A program made the translations under genes and the position numbers. The notes under the pieces were generated by a model, which saw nothing but the letters and a program-made list of their open reading frames with translations, was not told the DNA's origin and searched no databases. Shown here piece by piece: positions 63,656-64,000 of a DNA stretch of 64,000 bases. The first letter of the stretch is position 1. Each line of letters opens with the position of its first letter. The stretch comes from Lama guanicoe (lineage: Eukaryota): NCBI GenBank assembly GCA_013239625.1, contig MU053472.1:2125236-2189235 (forward strand). The letters are read 5' to 3'.

Positions 63656-64000
63656 CTAGTGAAAAGGAATGAAGACTTAATCCTTGGCAGAATCTGACTT
63701 CATTGCAGTGTATACTTCCTCTGCCCTCAACTACTATTTTGAATTTCACATTGCTCATTATCTCAGCTATTCGAACTCTTCCATTACCAAGCAATTTCTC
63801 ACATTCTTTTAGTTTTTCACTTGTTCGCCCCCGTATTTGCCCGCTCAGCACTCCTACCCTCACCTCATGAAAGCAATAGAAGACAGTTCAGTTTGGAGAA
63901 CAGTTACATCAACCGAAGGATCTGCATTTTAGATGCCAGAGAGAAAATTACTGGTGTCAGGATATGTCCTTACTGTTTCACAGGTTTGGCATAACATTCA

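Noticed and set aside
1..64000. CRISPR array, operon or prokaryotic defence system
   Set aside because: The sequence is mammalian and repeat-rich; there are no regularly spaced repeats with unique spacers and no gene-dense ORF structure.

Overview
Mammalian, very probably camelid, non-coding DNA (intergenic or deep intronic). The species call rests on three tRNA-Ala(AGC)-derived SINEs of the Vic-1 type. I find no recognisable protein-coding exon. The ORFs that resemble anything are decayed L1 ORF2 or hAT (Charlie1) transposase remnants. The window runs from a GC-rich left end (about the first 8 kb) into AT-rich DNA full of old repeats: L1, L2, MIR, hAT/Charlie elements including MER20 and MER53, and an ERV1 solo LTR with a 4-bp TSD. 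There are also several nested, younger insertions with visible target-site duplications. The best signals in unique sequence are regulatory: a duplicated ATGCTAATGAGAT (octamer/TAATGARAT) pair at 31.7-31.8 kb, an NRF1+YY1+ETS mini-promoter at 12.2 kb, a GC-box/ETS/CTCF patch at 18.4-18.8 kb, an NR5A/FOX/SOX/ONECUT cluster at 7.2-7.6 kb, a triple HIF-core cluster at 49.7 kb, and possible non-coding minus-strand exons. I see no convincing new biological system. Repeat families and boundaries were assigned by eye and are approximate unless a TSD or TIR is quoted.
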